Of a stretch of 64,000 nt of DNA, positions 1 to 10,482 are shown piece by piece. Made by a program: the position numbers and the translations under genes. The number at the start of each line of letters is the position of its first letter. The first letter of the stretch is position 1. The DNA is from Flavobacteriales bacterium (lineage in GTDB: Bacteria > Bacteroidota > Bacteroidia > Flavobacteriales_D > Crocinitomicaceae): positions 2,244 to 66,243 of the forward strand of contig CANMUN010000007.1 in assembly GCA_947500875.1 (NCBI GenBank). Direction: 5' to 3'. Under the pieces are notes generated by a model. It did not search any database. It was not told the DNA's origin and saw only the letters and a program-made list of their open reading frames with translations.

Positions 1-64
1 ACGTTGGGGTAGGGGGTCCGTTGGTGGATGAGTCCACGCGTGAAGTAAGGATTCCAAGGCTGGG

Positions 65-910
65 TTATTCATCCATCCGAGCTATTTTATCGTCAAATAA
101 TTTGATTTTACGCTGCTTGTACAGTTTGCCAATGGCCTGCTTGAAGGTTTTTTTGCTCATGCGGAATTGCTCGTATATTTCGCTGGCATCGGATTTATCC
201 GTTAAGTAGAGAAATTTGTTTTGGGCTAAATACGCCGCAATTTGATCGACCGCTTCGTCGTATTTTTGGGGAAGGGTGGAACTGATTTTAACATCCACTT
301 TACCATCAGGTCGCACACCACTTACATGCACGGAAAGGGTTTGTCCGAGGGAAACAGGAATCTTACACTCGCTCCGGTACAACATTCCTAGGTATTGTTG
401 GTCCAGTACCCCGCGCCATCCTAGTTCATGATGTTCGGTCACGAGAAACGGTAAGTTCTGGTGCTCAATTTCTGAGTTCGCCATCACCAATTTCTTGTTG
501 ATTTTCATGCTTCCGTAGAGGCGATCCGTCTGCGGGTCGTAGCACAGCATTACGGGATAAGTTTCGCCAATTTCGATGCCTTCGCGTTGTTCAGAGAAAG
601 GAATGAACAAGTCCTTGTCGAGTCCCCAATCAGCGAAAGCACCGTGCATGTTCATTTCAGTGACCGTTAAGAATGCGCAGGTGTTGAGGGTTAATTTGGG
701 GAAATCGCGGACTACCACCCTGCGGTTGTTCGAATCCTTCATGAGAAATGCTTGAACTTCATCACCTACTTGAGGGTTGGTCGGCAGGTACTTTGTTGGG
801 AGCAAAACTTCTTCCTCATCGAGGGTGTTATCTTCTTTTCCAACAACATACGCTCCTTGGGGGGTAAATCGCTCAATTTGAAAGGTGTGTATCTCTCCTA
901 GTTGCATCAT
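65..910 (-). CDS. S1-domain RNA-binding protein, CvfB family
   Basis: Repeated S1-like segments (GAFADWGLDKDLFIPFSEQ) and C-terminal winged helix (MSKKTFKQAIGKLYKQRKI) typical of CvfB/YitL. Confidence 0.85.
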   Translation of the reverse strand: MMQLGEIHTFQIERFTPQGAYVVGKEDNTLDEEEVLLPTKYLPTNPQVGDEVQAFLMKDSNNRRVVVRDFPKLTLNTCAFLTVTEMNMHGAFADWGLDKDLFIPFSEQREGIEIGETYPVMLCYDPQTDRLYGSMKINKKLVMANSEIEHQNLPFLVTEHHELGWRGVLDQQYLGMLYRSECKIPVSLGQTLSVHVSGVRPDGKVDVKISSTLPQKYDEAVDQIAAYLAQNKFLYLTDKSDASEIYEQFRMSKKTFKQAIGKLYKQRKIKLFDDKIARMDE

Positions 911-1998
911 GGTTGAGGGGGGCGTCTTCGGTTGCGTTTGTACTTTCCAGTGGTGACGCTCAGTTTATCTGGATTTCTTCGGTCCCACCATTTTTTTTTG
1001 GGGATCACTTCTTCGGGGGTTTCTTCAGCGATTTCAAGTTGTTCGCTTTCGGGGGTTCTTGATACATGGCTGATGTCTCCGGGACGGTTGGGGTCTTCGG
1101 GGTTCACCCACTTAAGTTTATAACTCTGTTTTCGTGGTTGCCCCGTTTTGGGATCGAGCACATAAACGGTAGCCGAACCTTCCTCGGTGGGGTCGTTGAT
1201 CGCAACGACATCTTCCTGTAACACGAAGCGGTCCTCGGCCCATACATACGCATCGTAGGAAAAGTCGGGGACATAAAAGGAGTAAACACCCGTCAACGAA
1301 GGGTTCTCGGGTGAAAGGTGGTCAAAAACGATTCGGTTGCGTTTTTCATCCATGCGCAGGGCCATGTTGCTTTTATCGGAGTATTCGAAAACGACCCTTT
1401 TCAGCACCTTCTTTTTATTGACAAACAGGGGACTACCGAACTTCACCGCATTGCCTTTGAAGCTTAAAACATCGATGATTTTAAAATTACTGCTCGTGGT
1501 GCCGCCGTCCCATCCCAGTAAAACGTATTGGTTTTCACCGTTGTATTCTACGGTAATCATTTTGTAGTAAAGGGCACCGTACCAATTTTTTCCATCGACA
1601 ATGTTCTCGGGGATTGGGGTGTAGGGATCGTTGACGTCGACCAATGGAACAACGGTGGATTTCTCTTCGTCGGGATCATAGCGCACCACAAATCCAGAAT
1701 AGCTGTAAGTGAAGTCGGGGAATTCTAGGTTCCAATGTACGATGCGCACTAGTCCGTCGTCGCTGTGAAGGTCTGCGATGGATTTTAATCGGGTAAAAGG
1801 GTATTGAAACGCTCCGTCTTTTTCAAGGAATTTGTTCATTTCTTGGGTGAATACCGTATTCAGCCGCTGCATTTCTTGTTCGGTTTTAGCAGAACGGAGT
1901 TCGTTTAATTTGACGTTCAGTTGGTCTTCTAATTCGGCCAAATTCTGCCCAAAAGCTCCAGTTGTCCAAAGGAAAATTGCCAGATATAGGTAGCGCAT
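907..1998 (-). CDS. Conserved Bacteroidota hypothetical exported protein
   Basis: Signal-peptide-like N-terminus MRYLYLAIFLWTTGAFG; WYGALYY and IVFDHLSP motifs; in an operon with rpe. Confidence 0.6.
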   Translation of the reverse strand: MRYLYLAIFLWTTGAFGQNLAELEDQLNVKLNELRSAKTEQEMQRLNTVFTQEMNKFLEKDGAFQYPFTRLKSIADLHSDDGLVRIVHWNLEFPDFTYSYSGFVVRYDPDEEKSTVVPLVDVNDPYTPIPENIVDGKNWYGALYYKMITVEYNGENQYVLLGWDGGTTSSNFKIIDVLSFKGNAVKFGSPLFVNKKKVLKRVVFEYSDKSNMALRMDEKRNRIVFDHLSPENPSLTGVYSFYVPDFSYDAYVWAEDRFVLQEDVVAINDPTEEGSATVYVLDPKTGQPRKQSYKLKWVNPEDPNRPGDISHVSRTPESEQLEIAEETPEEVIPKKKWWDRRNPDKLSVTTGKYKRNRRRPPQP

Positions 1999-2027
1999 GG
2001 TGCTAAAACGGGGCTTGTACAAAATAG

Positions 2028-2681
2028 TTACGTACTTGCAATTTGACGGAGGTTTTGAATGGTGTTTACCGGATTTTCAGCATTGAACACGAAATTTCCA
2101 GCCACGAGGGCTCTCGCACCTGCCTGTCCAAGCAGTACACCGTTGTCCTGATTTACCCCCCCATCCACTTCAATGATTACTTGTGGATTGATTTCTTGGG
2201 CCATTCGCTTTACCTCGGCCACTTTTTTGATGCTTTCTGGGAGAAAGGTCTGCCCACCAAAGCCGGGGTTAACGGACATGATCAACACCACCTCCAAATC
2301 CGCCATCACATGCTGCAAAACGGAAACAGGGGTGTGCGGATTAAGAGCGACTCCCGGGCGCATGCCCAGACTGCGTATCCGTTGCAATGTTCGGTGCAAA
2401 TGCGTGCAGGCTTCGTAATGCACGGTTAAAATATCGGCGCCCGCTTGTTGGAATTCTTCAAGGTAAAGGTCCGCGTTTTGAATCATTAAGTGCACATCAA
2501 GTACTTTATCGCTGTGTTTTCGTACACTTTTCAGGATTGGAAACCCGAAAGAAATATTGGGTACGAAGACGCCATCCATAACATCCACGTGAATCCATTC
2601 AGCTTCCGAGGAATTCAACATTTCAATGTCGCGCTTCAGGTTGCCAAAATCACAAGACAGAATGGAGGGAGATACAATCAT
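2028..2681 (-). CDS. rpe: Ribulose-phosphate 3-epimerase
   Basis: SPSILS, HVDVMDGVFVPN, DVHLMI, MSVNPGFGGQ, EVDGG motifs. Confidence 0.97.
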   Translation of the reverse strand: MIVSPSILSCDFGNLKRDIEMLNSSEAEWIHVDVMDGVFVPNISFGFPILKSVRKHSDKVLDVHLMIQNADLYLEEFQQAGADILTVHYEACTHLHRTLQRIRSLGMRPGVALNPHTPVSVLQHVMADLEVVLIMSVNPGFGGQTFLPESIKKVAEVKRMAQEINPQVIIEVDGGVNQDNGVLLGQAGARALVAGNFVFNAENPVNTIQNLRQIAST

Positions 2682-2684
2682 AAT

Positions 2685-4271
2685 TTAAAAGTTGAATTTT
2701 TGAACGTTTTTCAGGGAGTTGAGCAATTGGGAATCCCTTCCATAGATATCGATGTAAAAAACCAATCGATTGGCGGAGGCGCAAACCGTTTGATAATAGA
2801 CTTTTATGGGGATTTTGGTTTTCAGCGGGAAAACGTTGTGTTTGCCCACCCGCAGAAAGGTATCCAAGGTGTCAGGTCGCATCGATTTCTTCCTGCGGCC
2901 TTCTTGGTCGTAGGTGAGGAATTGTTTCCCTAATTCCGCCGGGAATTCACACCGCATACAACCGTGGGAAAAGCTTCTAACCGCTCGGTTGAACAGGGCC
3001 TTTTGGGGTGTGTCGTGCACGTAAACGCTGTGGCGGTTATTGAACTCAAATTTAAGCACCCCAAGGCTGTTCCATTTTCCGGGGCTTTGGACGATGTTGT
3101 ACCCGTTGGAATTGAGGTTGATTTTTGAAACATCCAAAGCGCTGGTATCCCTGTATCCGCGGATCGTATAATGGTGTTTCGCGAGGTAGTTTTTATTTTT
3201 CCGTACTTCGGGCATGATTTCTTTTTTTACAATGCTCGCAGGGACTTTCCAATAGGGGTAAATCACAATGCTCCGGATTTCGGACTCAAGTTCGGGGGTT
3301 TCGTTCGAACGTTTTCCAATCACAACGCGGTGTTTTGCCTTCAAGCTATCGTTGGCATAAAAGTACAGCGTATATTCGGGGAGGTTGATCAACACTAAGC
3401 GACCATAGGAGTTTTTACGGTGTCGAATTTTATCCAAGCTCAAAGCCGCACGGGTGAGTTTTTTAACATTGGATTCGCACAGCGCTTCCACCGTGTAGTC
3501 GTTTAGCTGCAAGGTTGAATCAAGGCCGTTGTGCAATTTGAATAAGAGCAGCGCCGACTCAAATGCAGTATTAGAAGGTTGTTGGGTGTCCAGGTATCCT
3601 TTGTTTTTAAGACTTAATTTTGCCAGCGCGGTCCTTTTTTCTTCGGTGGTAAAATCCTTGGGGGAAAGATTTGAGGTGTCGAGCCGGTACTTCATTCCGA
3701 AGGACAAGATTTGACTGGACAGTTGTTGAAAGAGGGTATCGCTCTTCGGGCCTAAAGCCATCAGGTAGTTTTTGGCGGATTCGAACGTAGTCGCTTTGGT
3801 GAGATAGTTCATGTTGCGAAAAGTGGCCAATGGAGCTACGGTTTTAGGTCGTCCACTGGTGTCTAAAAAACCCTTATCCCGGATCTCTACCATGCGAGCA
3901 AGGTGCACTACTTTTACCATATCCAATTCCAAAGGATGTGCCTTCTTTCCAGGAAGCTCAAGGTATTCGCGGGGTATTCCAAAAGCCAAGGATCGTTCAT
4001 ATAGCTGGCTGAACAGGGAGTCTTTTGAGGAAGCTTGTCCCAACAGGAAGGGGCGATAATCACGTTGTTCGTAGTAGGTCCTAAGCAGTTTTACCTCTCC
4101 TGGAGAGAATGCCTTGCCCATGAGAGAATCGCTTTCCAAATAGCGTTCTATTTTTTCTGCGTTGGATAAATTGGGGTCTTTTAGAAAATTTTTCTCACGC
4201 GCTTGTTTTGGGTTGCAGGAAATCAACACCAAAGAACTTAAAAATAAAAGTAGTGCGATGCGCAAAATCAC
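2685..4271 (-). CDS. L,D-transpeptidase (YcbB/YkuD family) lipoprotein
   Basis: Lipobox LISC; catalytic HDTP...SHGCMR motif; PG-binding-like segment. Confidence 0.88.
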   Translation of the reverse strand: MILRIALLLFLSSLVLISCNPKQAREKNFLKDPNLSNAEKIERYLESDSLMGKAFSPGEVKLLRTYYEQRDYRPFLLGQASSKDSLFSQLYERSLAFGIPREYLELPGKKAHPLELDMVKVVHLARMVEIRDKGFLDTSGRPKTVAPLATFRNMNYLTKATTFESAKNYLMALGPKSDTLFQQLSSQILSFGMKYRLDTSNLSPKDFTTEEKRTALAKLSLKNKGYLDTQQPSNTAFESALLLFKLHNGLDSTLQLNDYTVEALCESNVKKLTRAALSLDKIRHRKNSYGRLVLINLPEYTLYFYANDSLKAKHRVVIGKRSNETPELESEIRSIVIYPYWKVPASIVKKEIMPEVRKNKNYLAKHHYTIRGYRDTSALDVSKINLNSNGYNIVQSPGKWNSLGVLKFEFNNRHSVYVHDTPQKALFNRAVRSFSHGCMRCEFPAELGKQFLTYDQEGRRKKSMRPDTLDTFLRVGKHNVFPLKTKIPIKVYYQTVCASANRLVFYIDIYGRDSQLLNSLKNVQKFNF

Positions 4272-4312
4272 GTGCTAATATAGTTATTTTTGACTTGAAT
4301 AAAGAGGATTGT

Positions 4313-4927
4313 ATGGTGCTCTCAGTAGTCTATTTATTGATTCTAGTAGTTTCGTTGGTTACCTATGAGGGTTTTCGACGCGAACATTGGCGAGACTCCT
4401 TACTCTTCAATCCCTATGCTATCGCACAGGGTCAAAAATCCATTGGAATTTTTAGCCATTTTTGGTTTCATGCGGATTGGCAGCATTTAATTTTCAACAT
4501 GCTATCGCTCTACATGCTTGGGGGTGTTTTGGAGTCCTTATGGGTTCTTGAATTTGGGGTGCAAAAAGGATCCATGTTGTTCATTTCGCTTTACCTTTTC
4601 GGCGGAGTTGCAGCAACTATTCTTCCGTATTTTCGCCATCGATACAATCCAAATTATCGTTCGCTTGGGGCTTCGGGAGCCGTTTCTGCGGTGGTTTTTG
4701 CGGCCATTATGTGGTATCCTCAAATGCAATTAGGGCTTTTGTTCTTACCCATTCCGATTCCTGCCTATATCTTCGGTCCGCTCTATTTAGGGATTGAGTA
4801 TTACGCCATGAAGCGTGGCAATACGAACATTGCCAACGACGGTCATATCAGCGGTGCTTTGTTTGGGATTCTCTTTGTATTGCTGTTAGATCCTTCGAAA
4901 TTCACTTTGTTTTTAAGCAATTTTTAA
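4313..4927 (+). CDS. Rhomboid family intramembrane serine protease
   Basis: HADWQHLIFNM, GASG catalytic Ser, HISGALFG catalytic His; start taken at ATG 4313. Confidence 0.92.
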   Translation: MVLSVVYLLILVVSLVTYEGFRREHWRDSLLFNPYAIAQGQKSIGIFSHFWFHADWQHLIFNMLSLYMLGGVLESLWVLEFGVQKGSMLFISLYLFGGVAATILPYFRHRYNPNYRSLGASGAVSAVVFAAIMWYPQMQLGLLFLPIPIPAYIFGPLYLGIEYYAMKRGNTNIANDGHISGALFGILFVLLLDPSKFTLFLSNF

Positions 4928-4929
4928 CC

Positions 4930-5787
4930 ATGTTGTACATTAATAACAACGGCAGAGTTATGCCACGTGAGTCCTTAAGTATCGCCGCAGGAAGCAGAGC
5001 TTTTTTGTACGGTGACGGTGTTTTTGAGAGCATCCGTATCTTCGGTGGTAAGCCGATTCATTTGAATACGCATTTTCAAAGGCTCTTCAAAGGGGCCGAG
5101 ATGTTGCGCATGAGTGTCCCTGAGCATCTCAATGCTTCCTTTTTAGAGGAAAAAATAAACGACCTGATTTCGCTTTCACAAATTAAATCGGGAGGACGAT
5201 GCCGCATTAGCTTGGATAGAGCCGAAGGAGGAACTTATAAGCCAGAGAAAAACGATGCTGTATTTTTTATCGAAGTTATGCCCTTGGAAGAAAATGAGTT
5301 TTTACTCAACTACAAAGGCCTTGAGATTGATATTTACAAAGAAATCAAATTGACCAAATCCTTCCTTTCGCCCTTCAAAACGAAAAACGGTTTAGTAAAG
5401 GTCATGGCAGCTGTTCATGCCACCGAGCAAGGATTGGATGATTTTATTTTGTCCAATGACAAAGGCAATATCATTGAAACGAGCAACAGCAATATTTTTG
5501 TAGTCAGTAACGGGGTATTGTATACGCCGGGTTTGGAGGAAGGATGCATCGCTGGAACCATGCGAATGATGGTGATCAACATTGCTCTTCAGAATAACAT
5601 TCGCGTGTACGAATGCCCCATTTTACCCCATAACTTACTTTCGGCGGACGAGATTTTGCTCACCAACGCGATTTCCGGTATTCGTTGGGTTGGAGGCTAT
5701 CGAACGAAGCGTTACCTCAATACCACGGCACGACGCTTAGTCATGTTGCTCAATGCTCACTGGAACAAGGAATTGGGTTTAGGGTAG
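4930..5787 (+). CDS. Aminotransferase class IV (aminodeoxychorismate lyase / branched-chain aminotransferase-like)
   Basis: YGDGVFESIR, ETSNSNIF, GCIAGTMR, EILLTNA motifs. Confidence 0.88.
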   Translation: MLYINNNGRVMPRESLSIAAGSRAFLYGDGVFESIRIFGGKPIHLNTHFQRLFKGAEMLRMSVPEHLNASFLEEKINDLISLSQIKSGGRCRISLDRAEGGTYKPEKNDAVFFIEVMPLEENEFLLNYKGLEIDIYKEIKLTKSFLSPFKTKNGLVKVMAAVHATEQGLDDFILSNDKGNIIETSNSNIFVVSNGVLYTPGLEEGCIAGTMRMMVINIALQNNIRVYECPILPHNLLSADEILLTNAISGIRWVGGYRTKRYLNTTARRLVMLLNAHWNKELGLG

Positions 5788-5788
5788 T

Positions 5789-6304
5789 TTACCAATGGTA
5801 GGCGTGGTCCATCAGCCACTTGTTTTGTACCCTTAAGGTTTGTTCAATCACATCGCGTACCGCACCTTTTCCACCGCAAAAAGGAGAGATGTATTCAGCG
5901 GCTGAACGTGCATCAATGCTGGCATCGAAGGGGGCCGTGGCTAATCCCACTTCGCGCATAACAGGGATGTCGGGAATGTCATCGCCCATGTACAAGCATT
6001 CTTCCGGTTTTAGTAGGTATTCCTCCTTTAATGCTTGAAAAACCGTTAGTTTATTCCTGGAACGCAACCTAACAGCCGTAACGCCTAACGATTCAAACGA
6101 CTTCTTCACGTGTTCCGAATCCCCTCCAGTGATGAGAAAAACGCTGTAGCCAAGTCCGCAAGCATACTGTATAGCGTAGCTATCCCTCGAATGCAGGGTG
6201 CGTAGGTACTCTTTTCCATCGATTAGCACGGTGCCGTCAGTAAGTACGCCGTCCACGTCAAAAAGGAAATGCTGAATGCTGTTGAGCTTTATTTTATAAT
6301 TCAT
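5789..6304 (-). CDS. kdsC: 3-deoxy-D-manno-octulosonate 8-phosphate phosphatase (HAD family)
   Basis: FDVDGVLTDG, YMGDDIPD, GGKGAVRDVIE motifs. Confidence 0.9.
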   Translation of the reverse strand: MNYKIKLNSIQHFLFDVDGVLTDGTVLIDGKEYLRTLHSRDSYAIQYACGLGYSVFLITGGDSEHVKKSFESLGVTAVRLRSRNKLTVFQALKEEYLLKPEECLYMGDDIPDIPVMREVGLATAPFDASIDARSAAEYISPFCGGKGAVRDVIEQTLRVQNKWLMDHAYHW

Positions 6305-7031
6305 GGTGTTTTTGGATGATGAGTTGGCTGATATGGCGGTAAAGTTCTGCCATGGAAGGATCGATGGCTTCCATCATTTGGAGCTGTTCCTCCATCATGG
6401 AACGGTCGTTTCTTCGAGCGGGTCCTGTTTGAAGGTCTTCATGAGCCACGGCGTTTTCAACGGTCTTTTGCAGGAGAGGAAAGAAGGTCTCGATAGCTAA
6501 TTTTTGGGCGCCAAGTTCTAAACCAGACTTCAGGATGAAGTACCCGAAATTGTTGATGAATACGGCTGCAAGGTGGGAGTGAAGCCGCTGTTCTGCGGTT
6601 ACGAGGTGTGCGGTCGCACCGATGGAGGAAAGGAATCGTGCTCCCAACTTTGCCTGCTCTTCGCGGGCATCGATTAAGAACGGAACTTCCTCCAAGCGGG
6701 GCATGCGGTTGATATGGATGCTTTGCAAGGGATACAGGTAGCCGATGTGAAGCAAGTTGCTGCGGTGAAATCCTGCGCATACGAAAACGGGTCGCTTGGT
6801 TGGGAGTTCTGCGATAACACGGTCGATCGCATCGTTTTGAACCGCCACGAGGTAGAAATCGATTCCATGATGTTCTTGCAAAGCTTCGCAGGCATACAGC
6901 GCACAGAATGCGTTGGTTTTGTCGTGGTTCGAACCTTTTACGAACAGGTTGTTCTGAGGGTCTTGGGTGATTTCACGGGCTAAAAAAGCGGCGAGGTTAC
7001 CCGTTCCAATCAGGCCTATTTTCCATGGCAT
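6294..7031 (-). CDS. Rossmann-like / DUF2520 domain oxidoreductase
   Basis: GLIGTGNLA nucleotide-binding motif; HLAAVFINNF and QTGPARRND typical of DUF2520. Confidence 0.8.
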   Translation of the reverse strand: MPWKIGLIGTGNLAAFLAREITQDPQNNLFVKGSNHDKTNAFCALYACEALQEHHGIDFYLVAVQNDAIDRVIAELPTKRPVFVCAGFHRSNLLHIGYLYPLQSIHINRMPRLEEVPFLIDAREEQAKLGARFLSSIGATAHLVTAEQRLHSHLAAVFINNFGYFILKSGLELGAQKLAIETFFPLLQKTVENAVAHEDLQTGPARRNDRSMMEEQLQMMEAIDPSMAELYRHISQLIIQKHHEL

Positions 7032-10000
7032 TGCTTGAATTTTTTACCGCTTCCACAAGGACAGGGATCATTTCGGTTGATTTTGGGTTCCACGACAATC
7101 GGATTTCTTTTTTCAACCGGAGGAGGCATCATGCCTTCGCTCGAAGCGCTGCTGTTTTGAAACCTTGGTGCTTCTCCGGACATGGAAGTATTGGTAGCAG
7201 CTTTGGCATAATTCCGCTGGGTTGCTTCGCTGTTGGTTTGTTTCATGCTTTGGTCAGCCGGAATATCAAGATTCATTAACAATTCAACGGCTTGCTGATT
7301 GATCCGTGAAATCATGCTTTCGAACAGGTTATAGGCTTCCAATTTGTAAATCACCAATGGGTCTTTTTGCTCATAGGTCGCATTGTTCACCGCACTTCTT
7401 AGGTCGTCCATTTCCCTTAAATGTTCCTTCCATTCGTTGTCTATGATGCCGAGCAATATGTGTTTTTCGAATTGTTTGGAAATCAGTTTGCCTTGGCTTT
7501 CATAAGCCTCTTGAAGGTTCACGATCAATTGAATTTCGCGTACTCCATCCGAAAGCGGAAATACGATGTTCTTATACCGATCGGACATGGTTTCATAAAC
7601 CTCCTTGATTTGAGGCATCGTTCGTTGCACAATTTTCTCTTGCTTACGCTGGTATTGCCGCAGCATGGATTCATAAACAGATTGAGTCAACTGATCCGTG
7701 GTGGAGGATTTAAATGAATCTTCATCCACAGGACTTACAATCCCAAGAAGCCGTAACAGCTCCAATTCAAAATCGGAATAATTACCATGTTGAGTACGTT
7801 CAACGCACTGACGGCTTAAGTCATAGAACATGTTGTCGACATCGATGTCTAATCGGTCGCCGTTTAACGCATTTTTTCGAAGCTTGTAGATTTTTTTACG
7901 CTGGGCGTTCATGACGTCATCGTACTCTAACAAGCGTTTACGTATTCCGAAGTTGTTCTCTTCTACTTTTTTCTGCGCCCGTTCGATGGATTTAGAGACC
8001 ATGCTGTGGGTAATGACCTCACCTTCTTTTAGTCCCATGCGGTCCATGATCTTAGCGATGCGCTCTGATCCAAATTTCCGCATTAGGTCGTCCTCCAAGG
8101 AAACGAAAAATTGGGAAGTACCTGGGTCGCCTTGCCGTCCAGAACGTCCTCGGAGCTGACGGTCGACCCTTCGGGAATCGTGACGTTCCGTTCCAACGAT
8201 GGCTAGACCTCCTGCTTCTTTAACACCTTCACCGAGTTTAATATCCGTTCCACGACCGGCCATGTTGGTGGCAATGGTGACCGCACCAGCCTTACCAGCA
8301 TTGGCAACAATTTCCGCTTCTTTTTGGTGGTATTTTGCGTTGAGAACTTGGTGAGGTATTTTTCGGAAATGAAGCATTTTACTGAGCAATTCCGAAATTT
8401 CAACGGTGGTGGTTCCTACAAGCACAGGTCGACCTTCCTCCACCAATTTCGCGACTTCATCGATCACCGCTCCGAATTTTTCACGGGCTGTTTTATACAC
8501 CATATCATTATCGTCTTTGCGTATCACTTTTCGGTGAGTCGGAATCACAACAACATCCAGCGCATAGATGTCGAAGAATTCTTTAGCTTCGGTTTCTGCT
8601 GTTCCGGTCATACCCGCCAATTTGTGGTACATACGGAAGTAGTTCTGAAGCGTAATAGTTGCATAGGTTTGCGTTGCGGCTTCGATGGTGACATTTTCTT
8701 TCGCTTCAATGGCTTGGTGTAAACCGTCGGAATACCTCCTTCCTTCAAGAATACGACCGGTGGACTCATCCACAATTTTCACCTTCCCGTCCAAGATCAC
8801 ATATTCAACTTCTTTTTCGAAGAGGGTATACGCTTTTAATAGTTGGTTGACGGAATGAATTCGCTCGGATTTAATGGAATAATCCCGAACCAAAGCGTCT
8901 TTTTGTTCGATGAAAGCTTCTTGGTTAAGGCCTTGTGATTCAAGCTTTGCGAGTTCTGCACCGATGTCTGGCATGATGAAAAAGTCCTTATCGTCGTTGC
9001 CAGAAATTAAGTCGATTCCTTTGGAGGTAAGCTCGATAGAGTTGTTTTTTTCATCGATTACGAAGAATAATTCTTGGTCGATGACCTTCATGTGTTTTCC
9101 TTGCTCCTGAAGGTAATGGTTTTCTGTTTTTTGAAGGTGTACTTTGACCCCAGGTTCAGAAAGATACTTGATTAATGCTTTATTTTTGGGCAATCCTCGA
9201 TGGGCTCGAAGCAGGGCAATACCCCCTTCTTCCAACATGGTTTTCTCGAGTTTTTTGTCGCTTTGTAATTCACTGAGCACCACTAAATTCTTTTTGGCTT
9301 CGAGCAGGCACTTTTGCACTACTTCCCTTTGGGCATTGACAATGCGTTCAATCCGTGGTTTGAGTGCTTGAAATTCTTGTTCACCTCGTTGGTCGGTGGG
9401 ACCAGAAATGATTAAGGGAGTTCGCGCATCATCGATAAGGACTGAGTCAACCTCATCCACAATGGCAAAGTGATGTTTGCGTTGCACCAACTCGCTTGGG
9501 TGCCCCACCATGTTATCCCGCAGGTAGTCAAATCCGAATTCATTGTTGGTTCCGAAGGTGATATCTGCTAGGTACGCATTTCGTCGAGCTTCGGAATTTG
9601 GCGTGTGTTTATCGATGCAATCCACGCTCAAGCCATGGAATTGATACAAAGGCCCCATCCATTCAGAATCGCGTTTTGCTAAGTAGTCGTTGACGGTTAC
9701 GACGTGAACTCCTTTTCCTGCTAGAGCGTTTAAGTAAACAGGTAAGGTGGCAACCAAGGTTTTTCCTTCCCCCGTTTGCATCTCTGCGATGTTTCCTTTG
9801 TGCAATACGGCACCGCCCATGAGCTGTACGTCGTAATGCACCATGTTCCACACTACTTTATTACCAGCCGCAGTCCATTCGTTCAGCCAAATGGCTTGAT
9901 CGCCTTGCAAATAAATGCCGTCTTTTTTTGGCGCTAATGCTCGGTCGTAGTCACGCGCTGTTACCGTTAGTTGTCCGTTGTTTACCCATCGTTTAGCTGT

Positions 10001-10351
10001 TTCTTTCACCACGGCAAAGGCTTCGGGAAGGATTTTAAGCAATTCTTCCTCAATTAAACCGTCGATTTCTAAGCGAAGTCGATCGATGCGCTCAAAAAGC
10101 TCTTCCTTTTCATTGATTTCAACTTCGAGGCTGGCGGCTTGTTGCTCAATGCTCGCTAATTCTTCTTCTTTCGAAGCAATACTGTTGTTGATTTGCGTTC
10201 GAAAAGCAAAGGATTTTTCACGCAGCCCATCATCGGAAAGTTGTTGTATAGAGCTTTCCGCGGCTAAAACTTGGTCTACAAACGGTTGATATAGCTTCTG
10301 ATCCCTAATGCTTTTATCGCCAAATATTTTTTTGAGAAGGTCTGTAATCAT
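7016..10351 (-). CDS. secA: Preprotein translocase subunit SecA
   Basis: MQTGEGKT, DEVDSVLIDDARTPLIISG, ATNMAGRGTDI, C-terminal SEC-C CPCGSGKKFKQCHG. Confidence 0.99.
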   Translation of the reverse strand: MITDLLKKIFGDKSIRDQKLYQPFVDQVLAAESSIQQLSDDGLREKSFAFRTQINNSIASKEEELASIEQQAASLEVEINEKEELFERIDRLRLEIDGLIEEELLKILPEAFAVVKETAKRWVNNGQLTVTARDYDRALAPKKDGIYLQGDQAIWLNEWTAAGNKVVWNMVHYDVQLMGGAVLHKGNIAEMQTGEGKTLVATLPVYLNALAGKGVHVVTVNDYLAKRDSEWMGPLYQFHGLSVDCIDKHTPNSEARRNAYLADITFGTNNEFGFDYLRDNMVGHPSELVQRKHHFAIVDEVDSVLIDDARTPLIISGPTDQRGEQEFQALKPRIERIVNAQREVVQKCLLEAKKNLVVLSELQSDKKLEKTMLEEGGIALLRAHRGLPKNKALIKYLSEPGVKVHLQKTENHYLQEQGKHMKVIDQELFFVIDEKNNSIELTSKGIDLISGNDDKDFFIMPDIGAELAKLESQGLNQEAFIEQKDALVRDYSIKSERIHSVNQLLKAYTLFEKEVEYVILDGKVKIVDESTGRILEGRRYSDGLHQAIEAKENVTIEAATQTYATITLQNYFRMYHKLAGMTGTAETEAKEFFDIYALDVVVIPTHRKVIRKDDNDMVYKTAREKFGAVIDEVAKLVEEGRPVLVGTTTVEISELLSKMLHFRKIPHQVLNAKYHQKEAEIVANAGKAGAVTIATNMAGRGTDIKLGEGVKEAGGLAIVGTERHDSRRVDRQLRGRSGRQGDPGTSQFFVSLEDDLMRKFGSERIAKIMDRMGLKEGEVITHSMVSKSIERAQKKVEENNFGIRKRLLEYDDVMNAQRKKIYKLRKNALNGDRLDIDVDNMFYDLSRQCVERTQHGNYSDFELELLRLLGIVSPVDEDSFKSSTTDQLTQSVYESMLRQYQRKQEKIVQRTMPQIKEVYETMSDRYKNIVFPLSDGVREIQLIVNLQEAYESQGKLISKQFEKHILLGIIDNEWKEHLREMDDLRSAVNNATYEQKDPLVIYKLEAYNLFESMISRINQQAVELLMNLDIPADQSMKQTNSEATQRNYAKAATNTSMSGEAPRFQNSSASSEGMMPPPVEKRNPIVVEPKINRNDPCPCGSGKKFKQCHGK

Positions 10352-10370
10352 GTCGAAATGAATTGGGCGT

Positions 10371-10378
10371 CAAAGTTA
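10371..10378 (-). promoter_or_regulatory. Bacteroidota -7 promoter element (TAACTTTG) for secA
   Basis: Matches TAnnTTTG consensus about 20 nt upstream of the secA start. Confidence 0.6.
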
Positions 10379-10471
10379 CGCAATATCGCGGAAACAAAGT
10401 TGGCTTTATTTGGAGAGATTAAAAATTGGCTTGGAGCGCCTGTTATTCCGCATCACGGAGCAAAATAAATG

Positions 10472-10479
10472 TAATTTTG
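10472..10479 (+). promoter_or_regulatory. Bacteroidota -7 promoter element (TAATTTTG) for guaA
   Basis: TAnnTTTG ending 3 nt before ATG 10483. Confidence 0.55.
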
Positions 10480-10482
10480 CAC